Below are positions 40,440 to 50,700 of a DNA stretch of 64,000 nt, piece by piece. Under the pieces are notes generated by a model. It worked only from the letters and a program-made list of their open reading frames with translations. It had not been told where the DNA came from and searched no databases. Positions within the stretch are counted from its first letter, which is position 1. Every line of letters starts with the position of its first letter. A program made the position numbers and the translations under genes. Source of the stretch: Anaerohalosphaeraceae bacterium (GTDB taxonomy: Bacteria > Planctomycetota > Phycisphaerae > Sedimentisphaerales > Anaerohalosphaeraceae); contig DAOTMV010000012.1 of the NCBI GenBank assembly GCA_035450485.1, positions 38,882-102,881 on the forward strand, in the 5' to 3' direction.

Positions 40440-40836
40440 CGGTCTGCCCTTTCCCGTCGAATCTGAATTTTTTCAGCGTGTTTTCGAACCACTCCCGCAG
40501 GGTTTCACTGTCGATCTGCATGTGGATCGCCTCGACTACCAGGAGTTCCAACTGCTCGTGCAGGATGCGGCGGCGAACCGCGCGGCTCAAATTGCTTGAC
40601 AACTCCGCCACAAAGGCCCCCGCCCCGGGCCGTGTGACGATGATACCGTCCTGTTCGAGCTGACGATAGGCCTTGGCAATGGTGTTGGGATTGATGACCA
40701 GGGCGGCCGACAGTTCGCGAACGGTCGGCAGGCGCTGGCCCGTTTTGAGCCGTCCCATGGCGATATCCCGCTTGACCTGGTCGATAATCTGCTGGTAGAC
40801 GGCCCTCTCGGAGCCGTGATCGATGGTAATCTGCAT
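40432..40836 (-). CDS. GntR-family (YtrA-like) transcriptional regulator
   Basis: 134 aa. N-terminal winged-HTH RLPTVRELSAALVINPNTIAKAYRQLEQDGII, with the short C-terminal domain typical of the YtrA subfamily. First gene of the operon. Confidence 0.85.
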   Translation of the reverse strand: MQITIDHGSERAVYQQIIDQVKRDIAMGRLKTGQRLPTVRELSAALVINPNTIAKAYRQLEQDGIIVTRPGAGAFVAELSSNLSRAVRRRILHEQLELLVVEAIHMQIDSETLREWFENTLKKFRFDGKGQTDE

Positions 40837-40869
40837 GAGCCATACCTTTCGGATTGTGCCCCTGTTACC

Positions 40870-40896
40870 ACTTGTACTATGGCATCTATTACAAGT
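40870..40896. promoter_or_regulatory. inverted repeat ACTTGTA-N13-TACAAGT; candidate GntR/YtrA operator
   Basis: Perfect 7-bp inverted repeat ~35 nt upstream of the gntR start, in the divergent intergenic region. YtrA-type regulators usually bind GT..AC-containing palindromes in their own promoters. Confidence 0.35.
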
Positions 40897-40985
40897 ATAT
40901 CACAGAAAAGGCCACGGTCAAGTCACAAGGGAAGATTTTCTTCAAAATTGGCGGCAGTCTGCAGTTCGGATGCCCGGAATTAAGC

Positions 40986-41013
40986 TTGCCAATGGCTGCC
41001 AGGCCGCTATAAT
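40986..41013 (+). promoter_or_regulatory. sigma70-like promoter TTGCCA-16-TATAAT for DUF3592 operon
   Basis: Near-consensus -35 and a perfect -10 with 16-nt spacer, ~50 nt upstream of the ATG at 41069. Confidence 0.45.
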
Positions 41014-41068
41014 GACAAGTAATCGCTGTCGGGCCAAGAGTAAATCCGCGTATGCAGGATCACTGCGT

Positions 41069-42337
41069 ATGAAATTCCACATAAGATCAGGTCGTCGCAA
41101 CGACTTGCGTGTCGGATCCCGCCACGCACGGCCTCTCTCTTCGAGAGCGGCAAGCGGCAAGAGAGCCAAAGCCGCCGCGTTCATCGTCTTCGGTATGTTC
41201 ACCGTGTTCGGCTTTGCGTTCTCGTATTTCTTTCTGGTCCGACCGGTGAAGAACCTCATTGCCGCCCGCTCCTGGGTCGAGACGCCGTGCACGATTCTCA
41301 GCGCCAACGTGAAGTCGCACAGCAGCAGCGACGGTACAACGTACAGCGTGGACATCACTTACGAGTACCGGTTCGGCAACCGGACGTATACGTCGGACCG
41401 CTACAATTTCATGGGAGGCTCATCCAGCGGCCGTTCCGGCAAGCAGGAAGTGGTTGACCGGTACCGCAAGGCCAAGAACCCCGTCTGCTACGTCGACCCG
41501 CACAACCCGCAGTCCGCCGTGCTCGTACGCAAGGTTCAGCCGGTCATGCTCTGGGGACTGTTTCCTGTGATTTTCATTCTCGTGGGTGTCGCCGGCGTCA
41601 CAGCCACTTTGCGAGGGCGACGGAAGCCCGTCTCGGCGAGCGCCGGCAAAGATACCGCCGCCGACTGGCTGCCGGAGACAAGAACCGCCGTGCCGGGCAA
41701 CGTTTATGCCGCGCCGATCGCCGCGGGTGGCCCGGTTGTCCTGAAAGCCAAACATTCGCGGGCTTCCAAGGTGGTCTTTCTGGTCATCTTTGCCGTCCTC
41801 TGGAACGGCATCGTCTCGATCCCTGTCACCCAGGTCGTCAAGAGCTTTCAACGAGGCCGTCCCGAGTGGGGACTGACCCTTTTCATCTCCATCTTTGTGC
41901 TCGTTGGCTTGGCCGTCATCGTGGCCGTCGTGCACCAATTTCTCGCAATGTTCAATCCAAAGACGCAGTTGACGCTGAATTCTGCCAGCATTCCTTTAGG
42001 CGGCGCGGGGTATCTCAAGTGGGAGATTCTCGGCGCGGTCAATCGGATCAGCGAACTCATCATCACGCTGACGGCCCGCGAGGAATGCAGGTACCGGCGC
42101 GGGACCAAGACCTATACCGACAAGAACACGTTCTTCACCTTTGAGATCGCCCGCACGACGGAGCCTGTGCAAATGGCGTTCGGGGAGATTGCCTTCGCGA
42201 TTCCCTCCGACACCATGCATTCGTTCGAGGCGACGAACAACAAGATCATCTGGTCGCTGCACGTCAAAGGCGACATCAAGCGCTGGCCCGATCTGGACGA
42301 CCAGTTCGACATCACGATCACCCCGGCGGAATCATGA
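41069..42337 (+). CDS. membrane protein with two DUF3592-like domains
   Basis: ATG at 41069 (MKFHIRSG…); upstream ORF codons are rejected. The pattern TM helix – ~100-aa β-rich domain (…TYTSDRYNF…NPVCYVDPHNP…) – TM helix occurs twice, as in the DUF3592 fold. Confidence 0.6.
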   Translation: MKFHIRSGRRNDLRVGSRHARPLSSRAASGKRAKAAAFIVFGMFTVFGFAFSYFFLVRPVKNLIAARSWVETPCTILSANVKSHSSSDGTTYSVDITYEYRFGNRTYTSDRYNFMGGSSSGRSGKQEVVDRYRKAKNPVCYVDPHNPQSAVLVRKVQPVMLWGLFPVIFILVGVAGVTATLRGRRKPVSASAGKDTAADWLPETRTAVPGNVYAAPIAAGGPVVLKAKHSRASKVVFLVIFAVLWNGIVSIPVTQVVKSFQRGRPEWGLTLFISIFVLVGLAVIVAVVHQFLAMFNPKTQLTLNSASIPLGGAGYLKWEILGAVNRISELIITLTAREECRYRRGTKTYTDKNTFFTFEIARTTEPVQMAFGEIAFAIPSDTMHSFEATNNKIIWSLHVKGDIKRWPDLDDQFDITITPAES

Positions 42338-42717
42338 GCATGAGTGAAATCGAGATACGAACCGACAACGACGTCACCCGTCTTGCCCCCGGTGAGATAC
42401 TTGCAGGCAGTGTCCGCTGGAACCTGCTCGAGCCGCCGCGATCGATCGACCTGCGCCTGATGTGGTATACCCAGGGCAAAGGCGACGGCGATGTCGGCGT
42501 CGTTGATTCAATCACGTTCGACAATCCCGCACAGTATGAGACCCGAAGGTTTCAGTTTCAGCTACCCAATGGCCCGTACAGTTTCAGCGGCAAGCTGATT
42601 GCCCTCATCTGGGCCCTCGAAGCAGTTGTCCAGCCGCGCGATCGATTCGAGCGGCTCGAGATCGTGGTGTCACCCACCCGCCGGGAAATCGCCCTGCTTG
42701 CCCCGCAACCCCAATGA
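42334..42717 (+). CDS. hypothetical 127-aa protein (translationally coupled)
   Basis: Start overlaps the upstream stop as ATGA. β-rich; no family recognised. Confidence 0.45.
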   Translation: MSMSEIEIRTDNDVTRLAPGEILAGSVRWNLLEPPRSIDLRLMWYTQGKGDGDVGVVDSITFDNPAQYETRRFQFQLPNGPYSFSGKLIALIWALEAVVQPRDRFERLEIVVSPTRREIALLAPQPQ

Positions 42718-43280
42718 CAACGGCACGGCACAACCCCTTTGCCATGCACCGTATCCATTCTATACGGTACATGCCCCAGACGTGTACGTGGCCGGAGTTG
42801 CTTGAACGCTTGCGCACGATGGAATACCGCGGCGCAATCGTCGGGCCGGAAGGTTCCGGCAAGACGACGCTCCTTGAAGACCTCGGCCGGCACCTTGCTG
42901 AGGAAGGCCGCACCTGCCGGAGTATCTTCATTACGCTGGACGTAAAGGTTCCTCCGAGGGAGATCCGTGCCGCGGTCAACGCAGCGGATTACGACGTTCT
43001 TCTGATCGATGGGGCCGATCACCTCCACCCGCTTGTCTTCGGCATTATCAAGCACAAGACCGCTCGCGGCCGAAAGGGCCTGGTTATCACCTCGCACAGG
43101 CCCAACCTGCTGCCCACGCTCATCGAATGCCACACCAGCCCGGACCTCTTTGGCCAAATTGTCGAGACCCTCGCTCCCAGCGGTGACTGCCCCGAGAATA
43201 TCGCCGCGGTTTATCATAAACACAAGGGCAACATCCGGGATGCTCTGCGGGAACTCTATGATCTGACCGCATTGAAATAA
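42714..43280 (+). CDS. small P-loop NTPase
   Basis: Walker A GPEGSGKTT, Walker B-like VLLIDGADH, then LVITSH (sensor-like). 188 aa. Start overlaps the upstream stop (ATGA). Confidence 0.6.
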   Translation: MTTARHNPFAMHRIHSIRYMPQTCTWPELLERLRTMEYRGAIVGPEGSGKTTLLEDLGRHLAEEGRTCRSIFITLDVKVPPREIRAAVNAADYDVLLIDGADHLHPLVFGIIKHKTARGRKGLVITSHRPNLLPTLIECHTSPDLFGQIVETLAPSGDCPENIAAVYHKHKGNIRDALRELYDLTALK

Positions 43281-43602
43281 CTGCGCCAAGTCGTGCACAT
43301 TTCTACTGAAAATTCTTAAAAACCCTGTCACGCCCCTGCCGGCACCCAGTCTAATCCTGTGAAAAGCGGGCTTTACGCGACAAAAACGCACGTGAGGTCA
43401 AAAATTTTATCGGACGCCGGATTTCCGTTTGACAATTCTCCGGCCGCCCGGTATCACAAGAGTGGATATTCTGGACGTATCCGGTGCCGTCTGTGTAGGA
43501 CGGAGATCGCCGGCTACTCAGGACGATCAGACCGGCACCCATGCCGGCCGTCGTCGGTCATTCCGGCAAAAAGCCGGAAGCCTAACAGAAAGGAGTATCA
43601 AA

Positions 43603-44289
43603 ATGGGTCTTTTCAAACGCATCCACAGAATCACCGTTGGCCGCATTGAAACCTTCCTCGACCGCGCCGAAGATCCCGAGGTCATCTTCCCGGTGCTCAT
43701 CCAGGAGATGGAAAAGCAGCTTAAGGCGGCGACCGAAGCCGAGGCCAAGGCGTCGGCTGCGGTGAAGGCCGCCCAGCGCGACCTGAAGCGGCAGCAGGAG
43801 AAGGTCGACCGGTTCGGCAAAGGCGCGGCGCAATCGCTTAAGAAAGGCGACGAGGAGACGGCCCGCATGTCGATCGAGGCGCAGATCGAGGCGGAAAAGA
43901 ACCTTGCCGTGGCGCAGCAGAACGTCGATTCGGCGACGGACTCGCTGGACCACGCCAATGCGGCGCGTCGCCGCATCCAGCAGCAGCTTGATGAGCTTCG
44001 CACGCGCAAAGAAGACATCCTCACACGGGCCCGTGTCGCCAAGGCGCAAAAGAAGATTCAGCGGACCGTCAGCGGCTCGGCGGGCTCTACCGACAGCATC
44101 CTCGATGCGGTCGCACGGCTGGAGGCGGGCGTGGAACAGGCCGAGGCGGAGTTGGAAATCCAGGCCAGTTTGACGGGCACCTCCAACGGCAGCCCTTCGC
44201 TGGAAAAATGCCTGCGTGATCTGGACCACGACAGCGAAGTCGAGGCCCGCCTGTCGCAGATTCGCCTGTCGATCGCGGAGAGCGCCTGA
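43603..44289 (+). CDS. PspA/IM30 (Vipp1/ESCRT-III-like) family protein, paralog 1
   Basis: ATG at 43603 with an AGAAAGGAG RBS. MGLFKRIHRITVGRIETFLDRAEDPEVI… is the canonical PspA N-terminus. 228 aa coiled coil. Confidence 0.8.
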   Translation: MGLFKRIHRITVGRIETFLDRAEDPEVIFPVLIQEMEKQLKAATEAEAKASAAVKAAQRDLKRQQEKVDRFGKGAAQSLKKGDEETARMSIEAQIEAEKNLAVAQQNVDSATDSLDHANAARRRIQQQLDELRTRKEDILTRARVAKAQKKIQRTVSGSAGSTDSILDAVARLEAGVEQAEAELEIQASLTGTSNGSPSLEKCLRDLDHDSEVEARLSQIRLSIAESA

Positions 44290-44334
44290 CCGGTTGCCCC
44301 GGTCGGCAATCCACCGGAAGAGAGGAGCAAACCA

Positions 44335-45012
44335 ATGTCCATATTCGAACGCATACAGCGCATCGCCAAGGCGAACGTCAACTGGCTGCTTGACAAGGCC
44401 GAGCCCGCCGAGCAGGAACTGGCCTCCAAGATCAAGGAACTCGAAGAGACGCTTCTCGAAGGACGCGAAAGCGCGGCGACCTATGGCGCGACGTTCCGTC
44501 GGCTCGAAACCGAAATGCAGCAGCTCCAGCAGAAACAGGCCGACCTGACCGCGCAGGCCGAGACGGCGCTCAAGGCCGGAGACGAGACAGCTGCGCGGAA
44601 GGCGCTCGCCGAAAAAGTGCGATTAGCCGAACGGATCGCCCAGATGAAGCCCGGCCTGGACCGCGGCCGGCAGACCTTCGAGATGCTGCGTGACAACATG
44701 ATCAAGCTGCAGGAACAGCTTAAGGCCGCCAAGCTGAAATTCGAGGACCTTAAGGCCCGCAAACGGACCGCCGAGGCCCAGAAGGCCTTTGACAAGCACC
44801 TCAGCCGGGCCGTGGCCTTCAATCCGGACGGCGTCACCTTCGACCGACTCGAAGACCAGGTCCTCCAGTCCGAGGCCGAGGTGCAGATCAACCAGGAACT
44901 CCGCGGCGATTCGCTCACCGAGATCGAACTGGCCCAGAGAGCCCGCGACATGCAGGTCGAAGCGGAACTGGCGGAACTCAGAGAACGCCTCAACCAGGGC
45001 AAAGCCGGATAA
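44335..45012 (+). CDS. PspA/IM30 family protein, paralog 2
   Basis: MSIFERIQRIAKANVNWLLDKAEPAEQEL…, 225 aa. GAGAGGAG RBS. Confidence 0.8.
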   Translation: MSIFERIQRIAKANVNWLLDKAEPAEQELASKIKELEETLLEGRESAATYGATFRRLETEMQQLQQKQADLTAQAETALKAGDETAARKALAEKVRLAERIAQMKPGLDRGRQTFEMLRDNMIKLQEQLKAAKLKFEDLKARKRTAEAQKAFDKHLSRAVAFNPDGVTFDRLEDQVLQSEAEVQINQELRGDSLTEIELAQRARDMQVEAELAELRERLNQGKAG

Positions 45013-45024
45013 GGAGAACCTCCC

Positions 45025-45666
45025 GTGGAACTTCTGCACATGTCCCTGATGCCCGCCAACATTGGCGCGACCGTCTTTCTTGCGATGATACTCGCTTACT
45101 GGCTCACGGTCCTCCTCGGTGCGCTCGATCTGGACTTCCTTGATTTCGATCTTGACGCCGACGTCGACGCCGATCTCGGCAGCGATCTGGATGTCTCCGT
45201 CGGCGTCTTCGACGGCATGCTTGCCTTTTTCTATCTGGGCAAGATCCCACTCATGATCCTCTTGAGCATATTCGCACTCTGCCTCTGGGTCATCTCGATA
45301 ATCGCCAACGGCTATCTCAATCCTTCGGGTTCGCTCGCCCTGGGCTTGCCCCTGGCTGTTGGCAACCTGATCGTTTCGCCGTTCATCTGCAAGGTGATCT
45401 GTGCACCTTTAGCGAGGTTCTTCATGGCTTTGAAAAAAGATCCCAATGCCCCGGCGGACGTTATGGGCCGCATTTGCAGAGTAACCACCTCCCAGGTGTC
45501 TGCGAAAATGGGGCAGGCGGAGGTCTCCACCAGCGGGGCCCCGATACTGCTGAATGTTGTTGCCGACGGCGATCATGTCTTCAAAAAGGGAGACGAAGCC
45601 GTCGTCATCGGAAAAGATGAGAAGAAGGGCGTGCACATCATTGCACCGGTAAATCTGGAGGACTGA
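45025..45666 (+). CDS. YqiJ/NfeD-like membrane protein (OB-fold C-terminal domain)
   Basis: Two TM segments separated by an acidic D/L repeat loop. The C-terminal ~70 aa (…GRICRVTTSQ…GQAEV…DEAVVIGKDEKKGVHIIAPV) has an NfeD-like β-barrel pattern. Sits immediately upstream of the flotillin, as in yqiJK. Start codon is GTG. Confidence 0.6.
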   Translation: MELLHMSLMPANIGATVFLAMILAYWLTVLLGALDLDFLDFDLDADVDADLGSDLDVSVGVFDGMLAFFYLGKIPLMILLSIFALCLWVISIIANGYLNPSGSLALGLPLAVGNLIVSPFICKVICAPLARFFMALKKDPNAPADVMGRICRVTTSQVSAKMGQAEVSTSGAPILLNVVADGDHVFKKGDEAVVIGKDEKKGVHIIAPVNLED

Positions 45667-45668
45667 AC

Positions 45669-47663
45669 ATGTTGGCAGCGGTTCCGTTTGAGCAGTTGAT
45701 TGTGACTTGCGGCATTATTGTTGGTGGTATATTCTTCATCGCTCTCCTACTGTTTGCCAAATGCTGGCGCAAAGTCGCACAGGGTCAGGCACTAATCCGC
45801 AATGGCCTGTGGGGAACACAGGTCAGCTTCTCTGGCAAAATGGTTTTCCCCGTCCTGCACCGCGTCGAGTACATGGACATCTCCGTCAAGCGGATCGAGA
45901 TCGACCGCGGCGGCGCCTCGGGCCTTATCTGCAAGGACAACCTGCGTGCGGACATCAAGGTGGCGTTCTTCGTGCGCGTCAACAATACGGCCGAGGACGT
46001 CAAGAAGGTCGCTCAGGCCTTGGGCTGTATGCGGGCCAGCGACGAACGGGCGCTCTATGAACTCTTCGACGCCAAGTTTTCAGAGGCGCTCAAGACGATC
46101 GGCAAGAAATTCGATTTTGCGGAACTGTACGTCGAACGCGTCAGGTTCAAAGAGGAGATACTGCAGATCATCGGCACGGACCTCAACGGCTACATCCTCG
46201 AAGACGCCGCCATCGACTACCTGGAGCAGACCGACAAGAAGCTGCTCAGCCCCGACAACATCCTCGATGCCGAGGGCATCAAGAAGATCACGGTCCTGAC
46301 GGCCGAGCAATTCGAGCTGGCCAACGCCCGCGAGCGCGAAAAGGACATGACGATCACCAAGCAGAATGTCGAGGCCCAGGAGGCGATCCTCGAACTTAAT
46401 CGCCAGTTGGCCGAGGCGGATGCCAAGCAGAAACGCGAAGTCGCCTCCGTGCAGGCCCGCGAAGAAGCCGAGACCAAGCGCATCCAGGCGCAGGAACGCG
46501 AAAAGGCCGAGAAGGCCCGCATCGTCGCCGACGAAGAGATTGCCGTCGCCGAAGAGAACAAGCTGCGTCAGATCATCGTCGCCGCCAAGAACAAGGAGCG
46601 CACCGAGGCCGTTGAGATCGAACGGGTCGAGCGCGACCGGGGCCTGGAGGCCACCGAGCGCGAGCGGCTGGTCACCATCGCCCAGGTCGAAAAGGACAAG
46701 GTGGTCGAGGGCCAGAGGAAGGAACTGCAGGCGGCCATTCGTGAACGGGTCACTGTCGAGAAGACGGTGGTGAAGGAAGAAGAGAACATCAAGGACACCC
46801 GCGCCTTCGCGGGGGCCGACCGACAGAAAAAGGTCGCCATTACGCAGGCCGAGGAGCAGGCCGAGCAGGCCCTGGTCAAGGACATTAAGGCCGCCGAAGC
46901 CAGCAAGAAGGCCGCCGAGTTCTACGCCGAGCAGCAGATCATCGAGGCCCAGGCCAATCTCGACGCCGCCAGCCGCAACGCCGAGGCCAAGAAGACCATC
47001 GCCGCCGCCGAGGTCAAGGAACATGCCGTTGCGGGCATTGCCGAAGCGGAAGTCATGGAGGCAAAGGCGGCGGCCATCGAGAAACAGGGTACCGCCGAAG
47101 CAAAGGTCATGGAACTGAAGTACCACGCCGAGGCCGACGGGATTCGCGACAAGGCCGAAGCGATGAAGATCTTCGATGCGGTCGGCAAGGAGCACGAAGA
47201 GTTCAAGATCCGCATCAACAAAGACAAGGAAGTGGAACTGGCAAGCATCAACGTACAGAAGGACATTGCAGCCGAACAGGCAAAGATCGTGGCCGAGGCC
47301 CTCAAGAGCGCCCGCATCGACATCGTCGGCGGCGACAACAACTTCTTCAATCGGCTGGTCAACTCCATCACAACCGGCAAGGCCGTGGACCGTATGATCG
47401 AAAACAGCGATGCGCTGACCGGCCTCAAGAACACGCTGTTGGGCGGCGACGCGGAACTGAACCGTGAGAACATCCGCCGCTTCATCGATCAGTTTGGCCT
47501 GTCGGCGGAGGATATCAAGAACCTCTCCGTCAGTGCCCTGGTCGTCAAGCTCATGGCCGACGCCGACGAAGGCAGGAAGGGCCTGCTCAGCCGCATCCTG
47601 CACGCGGCCAAGGAAATAGGCATCGCCGATATGCCGGCGGAAAAACTCCTGGCGGAAAAGTAA
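45669..47663 (+). CDS. flotillin / SPFH (band-7) family protein, YqiK-like
   Basis: 664 aa. N-terminal TM helix, an SPFH domain, and a very long Ala/Glu/Lys-rich coiled coil (the flotillin EA-repeat region). GGAGGA RBS. Confidence 0.85.
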   Translation: MLAAVPFEQLIVTCGIIVGGIFFIALLLFAKCWRKVAQGQALIRNGLWGTQVSFSGKMVFPVLHRVEYMDISVKRIEIDRGGASGLICKDNLRADIKVAFFVRVNNTAEDVKKVAQALGCMRASDERALYELFDAKFSEALKTIGKKFDFAELYVERVRFKEEILQIIGTDLNGYILEDAAIDYLEQTDKKLLSPDNILDAEGIKKITVLTAEQFELANAREREKDMTITKQNVEAQEAILELNRQLAEADAKQKREVASVQAREEAETKRIQAQEREKAEKARIVADEEIAVAEENKLRQIIVAAKNKERTEAVEIERVERDRGLEATERERLVTIAQVEKDKVVEGQRKELQAAIRERVTVEKTVVKEEENIKDTRAFAGADRQKKVAITQAEEQAEQALVKDIKAAEASKKAAEFYAEQQIIEAQANLDAASRNAEAKKTIAAAEVKEHAVAGIAEAEVMEAKAAAIEKQGTAEAKVMELKYHAEADGIRDKAEAMKIFDAVGKEHEEFKIRINKDKEVELASINVQKDIAAEQAKIVAEALKSARIDIVGGDNNFFNRLVNSITTGKAVDRMIENSDALTGLKNTLLGGDAELNRENIRRFIDQFGLSAEDIKNLSVSALVVKLMADADEGRKGLLSRILHAAKEIGIADMPAEKLLAEK

Positions 47664-47775
47664 CCTGGATCGATGATGAGAAGCCGCGCCGGGCGTGACG
47701 GGCATATCGGCAACGATGTGCGGTCTCGTCCGGCGCTGCGGCCTCTGCGGCCACGGAATACAGAGAAGTCCGACA

Positions 47776-50700
47776 ATGGTGGAGAACAACGAAACGACCC
47801 CGATGCCGCATGACAATGCGGCCGACGCCGCGCTTCAAGGCGGGGCTTACGAGGTGATTCGCAAGCGTCTCGAGACCCATGGCCGCGAACTGCGGCAGCG
47901 TATGGTGAAACTGAACGCAGCCCGCAAGGATGTTTTCGGGGCGATCGAGTCCCGGCTGATCGCGGCCGAGCGCGTCACGACAAGCAACAACTGCATTCCG
48001 CGCGACATGATCCCGGTCGGCGACCGCTTCATCTTCGGTTACAACGTGTTCGTGGGCCTTAGGACCGAAACGACCCTGGCCGATGTGTTCTCGATTTATC
48101 GGCTTGTGGACGGCCAGTTCGTCGAATGCCCGCTTGAGCTGATCGAAGACGAGCGGTTCATCGCCGACTTCAAGAACCTCTTCAAATACTATCGCCACAC
48201 CACCTTCGCGAAGTTCGCCATCCGGGGCCCACACTTGTTCATGGTGTTCAGCATCGGCAAAAGCGCCGCAGACATCAAGACGTTTAAGTGGCTCATCACC
48301 GAGGGACGTCTTCGGTACCTCGATAACCGCAGCGACCATGAGCTCGTCTATCCGGCCCAGCACCAGTTCGAGTGGATCCGCACCACACAGGACATGCACC
48401 GCAGCGGCCTCAATCCGCACATCTCCATCGAAGAGCGTGTGTTCGTCGAAACCATCGGCGGCGACCTGACCATCAAAATCGAAGACAACACCGAGACCGG
48501 ACAGGGCATCTATTCCGAACCCGTGGACGACCCCGACCAGACGCTCATTGACGCCGAGATATACTACGCCATCATCGGCAATATCATCCTGCTGAAGATC
48601 CGCCCCTACCAGGAAGAGAATTTCCGTTACATTGTCTACAGCGAAAAAACGCGCCGCGCCGTTCGCATCGACTCCATCAAGGACGCCTGTGTGCTTCTGC
48701 CGCAGGGCCAGGGCCTCGTTTTCCCGCGGGGCTATTACCTGCAGACGGGTGAGACCCGGCAGTTCGAAACCAATGTAACCAACATGGTCTTCGAGAAATG
48801 CATCGCCTCGCCCAACGGCGAAGACTTCCTGTACCTCTTCTACAACCACGAAAACGGCGTCTACCTGCTGCTTCCGTACAATCTCATCGAGCAAAGCATG
48901 AGCACGCCGCTGATCTGTAACGGATTCTCCGTGTTCGATGACGGAACACTCATCTGCCTGCGGGCCGGCAGCGAACCGCAGAAGCATCACGCCGTCCAGA
49001 TCTGGAAAACCCCCTACTACGGTCCCGACCACACAATCGAAGTCTTGAAGGACGCGCCGCTTTACAAGATCGGCAACACAGCCATCGTGCGATGCATGGC
49101 CGAGTGCACGGAACTGTTGAACCTGTTGGCTAAAGACGAGTCCTATGCGAACCTGTACGTCGATATCGCCCGCAAGGCCCAGGACATTTGCGACAGTTAC
49201 TTCTGGCTGGGCGACGCGGAGGTCTTCAATCTGGCCGAGCCGCTTGGCAATATCCAGAAAGCCGCCAGCGCGGCGATCGAGGAGTTCGAGAAGGTTGTCC
49301 GCACCCGGCGAAACACCCAGAATGAAATAGATGCCGCGGCGCGCCAGGTCACAGAGGCGATCGCGGCCATTGACTACGACGCCCTCAACAACATCGATCT
49401 TTATGTAAACCATCTGGCGCAACTGCGGGCGCTGCGGGGCCGCGTCGTCTCGCTCAAGGATTTGCGGTACGCCGACCTGGAAACCGTCGAGAAACTCGAA
49501 ACCGAGGTCGCCCAGCACACGGACCGGCTCAGTTCGCTCTGTATACGGTTCCTTCTTGACCCGGAGGCGCTGGCGCCCTACCGGCGCCGCATCGACGAAC
49601 AGTCCGCACAGGTCGACAAGACACAGAAGGTCACCGAGGCCAGGGAGCTATCCGAGCGGGTTGACGAAACAGCCGCTCAACTGGAGATGCTCACCGAGAT
49701 CGTCAGCAATCTGAAGATCGAGGACGCCACCCAGACCGTTGCCGTCATCGACAATATTTCGCTGGTGTACTCGCGGCTCAACCAGGTCCGCAGCGCGCTG
49801 AAGAACCGCATTAACGAACTCGGTACAGTGGAAGGCCAGGCTGAATTTGCCGCCCAGATCAAGCTCCTTGACCAGTCCGTCATCAATTACCTCGATGTCT
49901 GCGACACACCTGAGAAGTGCGACGAGTATCTAACGAAGATAACCGTGCAGCTCGAAACGCTTGAAAGCCGGTTCGCCGACTTTGACGAATTCATCGGCCG
50001 CCTGACGGAGAAGCGCGAAGAGCTTTACAACGCATTCGAAAGCCGCAAGGTCCAGATCGTCGCACACCGTAACCAGCGGGCCTCGGCCCTCATGGCGGCC
50101 GCCGAGCGAGTCCTCAAGGGCATTGAAAACCGCCTCCGCAGCTTCAGCGACATTAATGAGATCAACGGCTACTTCGCTTCCGACCTCATGGTTCAGCGGG
50201 TCCATGACGCAGTGGAACAGTTGCTTGAGTTGGGCGACACCGTCAAGGCTGAGGATATCAGGACGCGCCTAAAGGCGCTCCAGCAGGATGCGGTGCGTCA
50301 GCTCAAGGACCGTCAGGCGCTCTTTGTCGACGGCGACAATATCATTCGCCTCGGCCGTCATCGCTTCCGTGTCAATCGTCAGCCGCTGGAAGGCACGATC
50401 GTCCGCCGCGGCGACAAGATGTTCTATCACCTTACCGGCACCGGCTTCTTCGAGGAGATCACCGATGAAGCACTGCTGGCGGCCCGCGACGCATGGGACC
50501 TCGAAGTGCCGTCGGAAAGCCCTGAGGTCTACCGGGCCGAGTACCTTGCGTATCTCATGCTGCAGGATGCGTCGGTGGATGCACAGTCGCTTGCTGCGGC
50601 CGAATTCGAGCAGGTGCTCGCCCGTGTCCAGGCCTTCATGGGCCCGCGCTACGAAGAAGGCTACATCAAGGGCGTACACGACCACGATGCGGCCAGGATT

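Noticed and set aside
42558-43391. 277-aa minus-strand ORF overlapping the P-loop NTPase gene
   Set aside because: Antisense to a gene with clear Walker motifs and translational coupling. No independent support.
43290-43602. sigma54 promoter upstream of the first pspA
   Set aside because: No TGGCAC-N5-TTGC element found, and no pspF-like activator is nearby. Only a weak sigma70-like TTGACA-17-TATCAC is present, so it was not reported as a feature.
46380-47200. Tandem DNA repeat (GCC GAG GCC AAG …) in the flotillin gene
   Set aside because: It reflects the imperfect Ala/Glu/Lys coiled-coil coding repeat typical of flotillins. It is not a non-coding repeat or CRISPR-like array; no CRISPR arrays were found anywhere in the window.
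46080-47816. 578-aa minus-strand ORF (and 46217..46906 ORFs) inside the flotillin gene
   Set aside because: Shadow frames of the GCC/GAG-rich coiled-coil coding repeat.
47587-49518. 643-aa minus-strand ORF antisense to the start of the giant gene, plus other antisense ORFs to 55077
   Set aside because: Antisense shadow ORFs. The plus-strand frame is continuous for 5.4 kb and contains AAA+ motifs.
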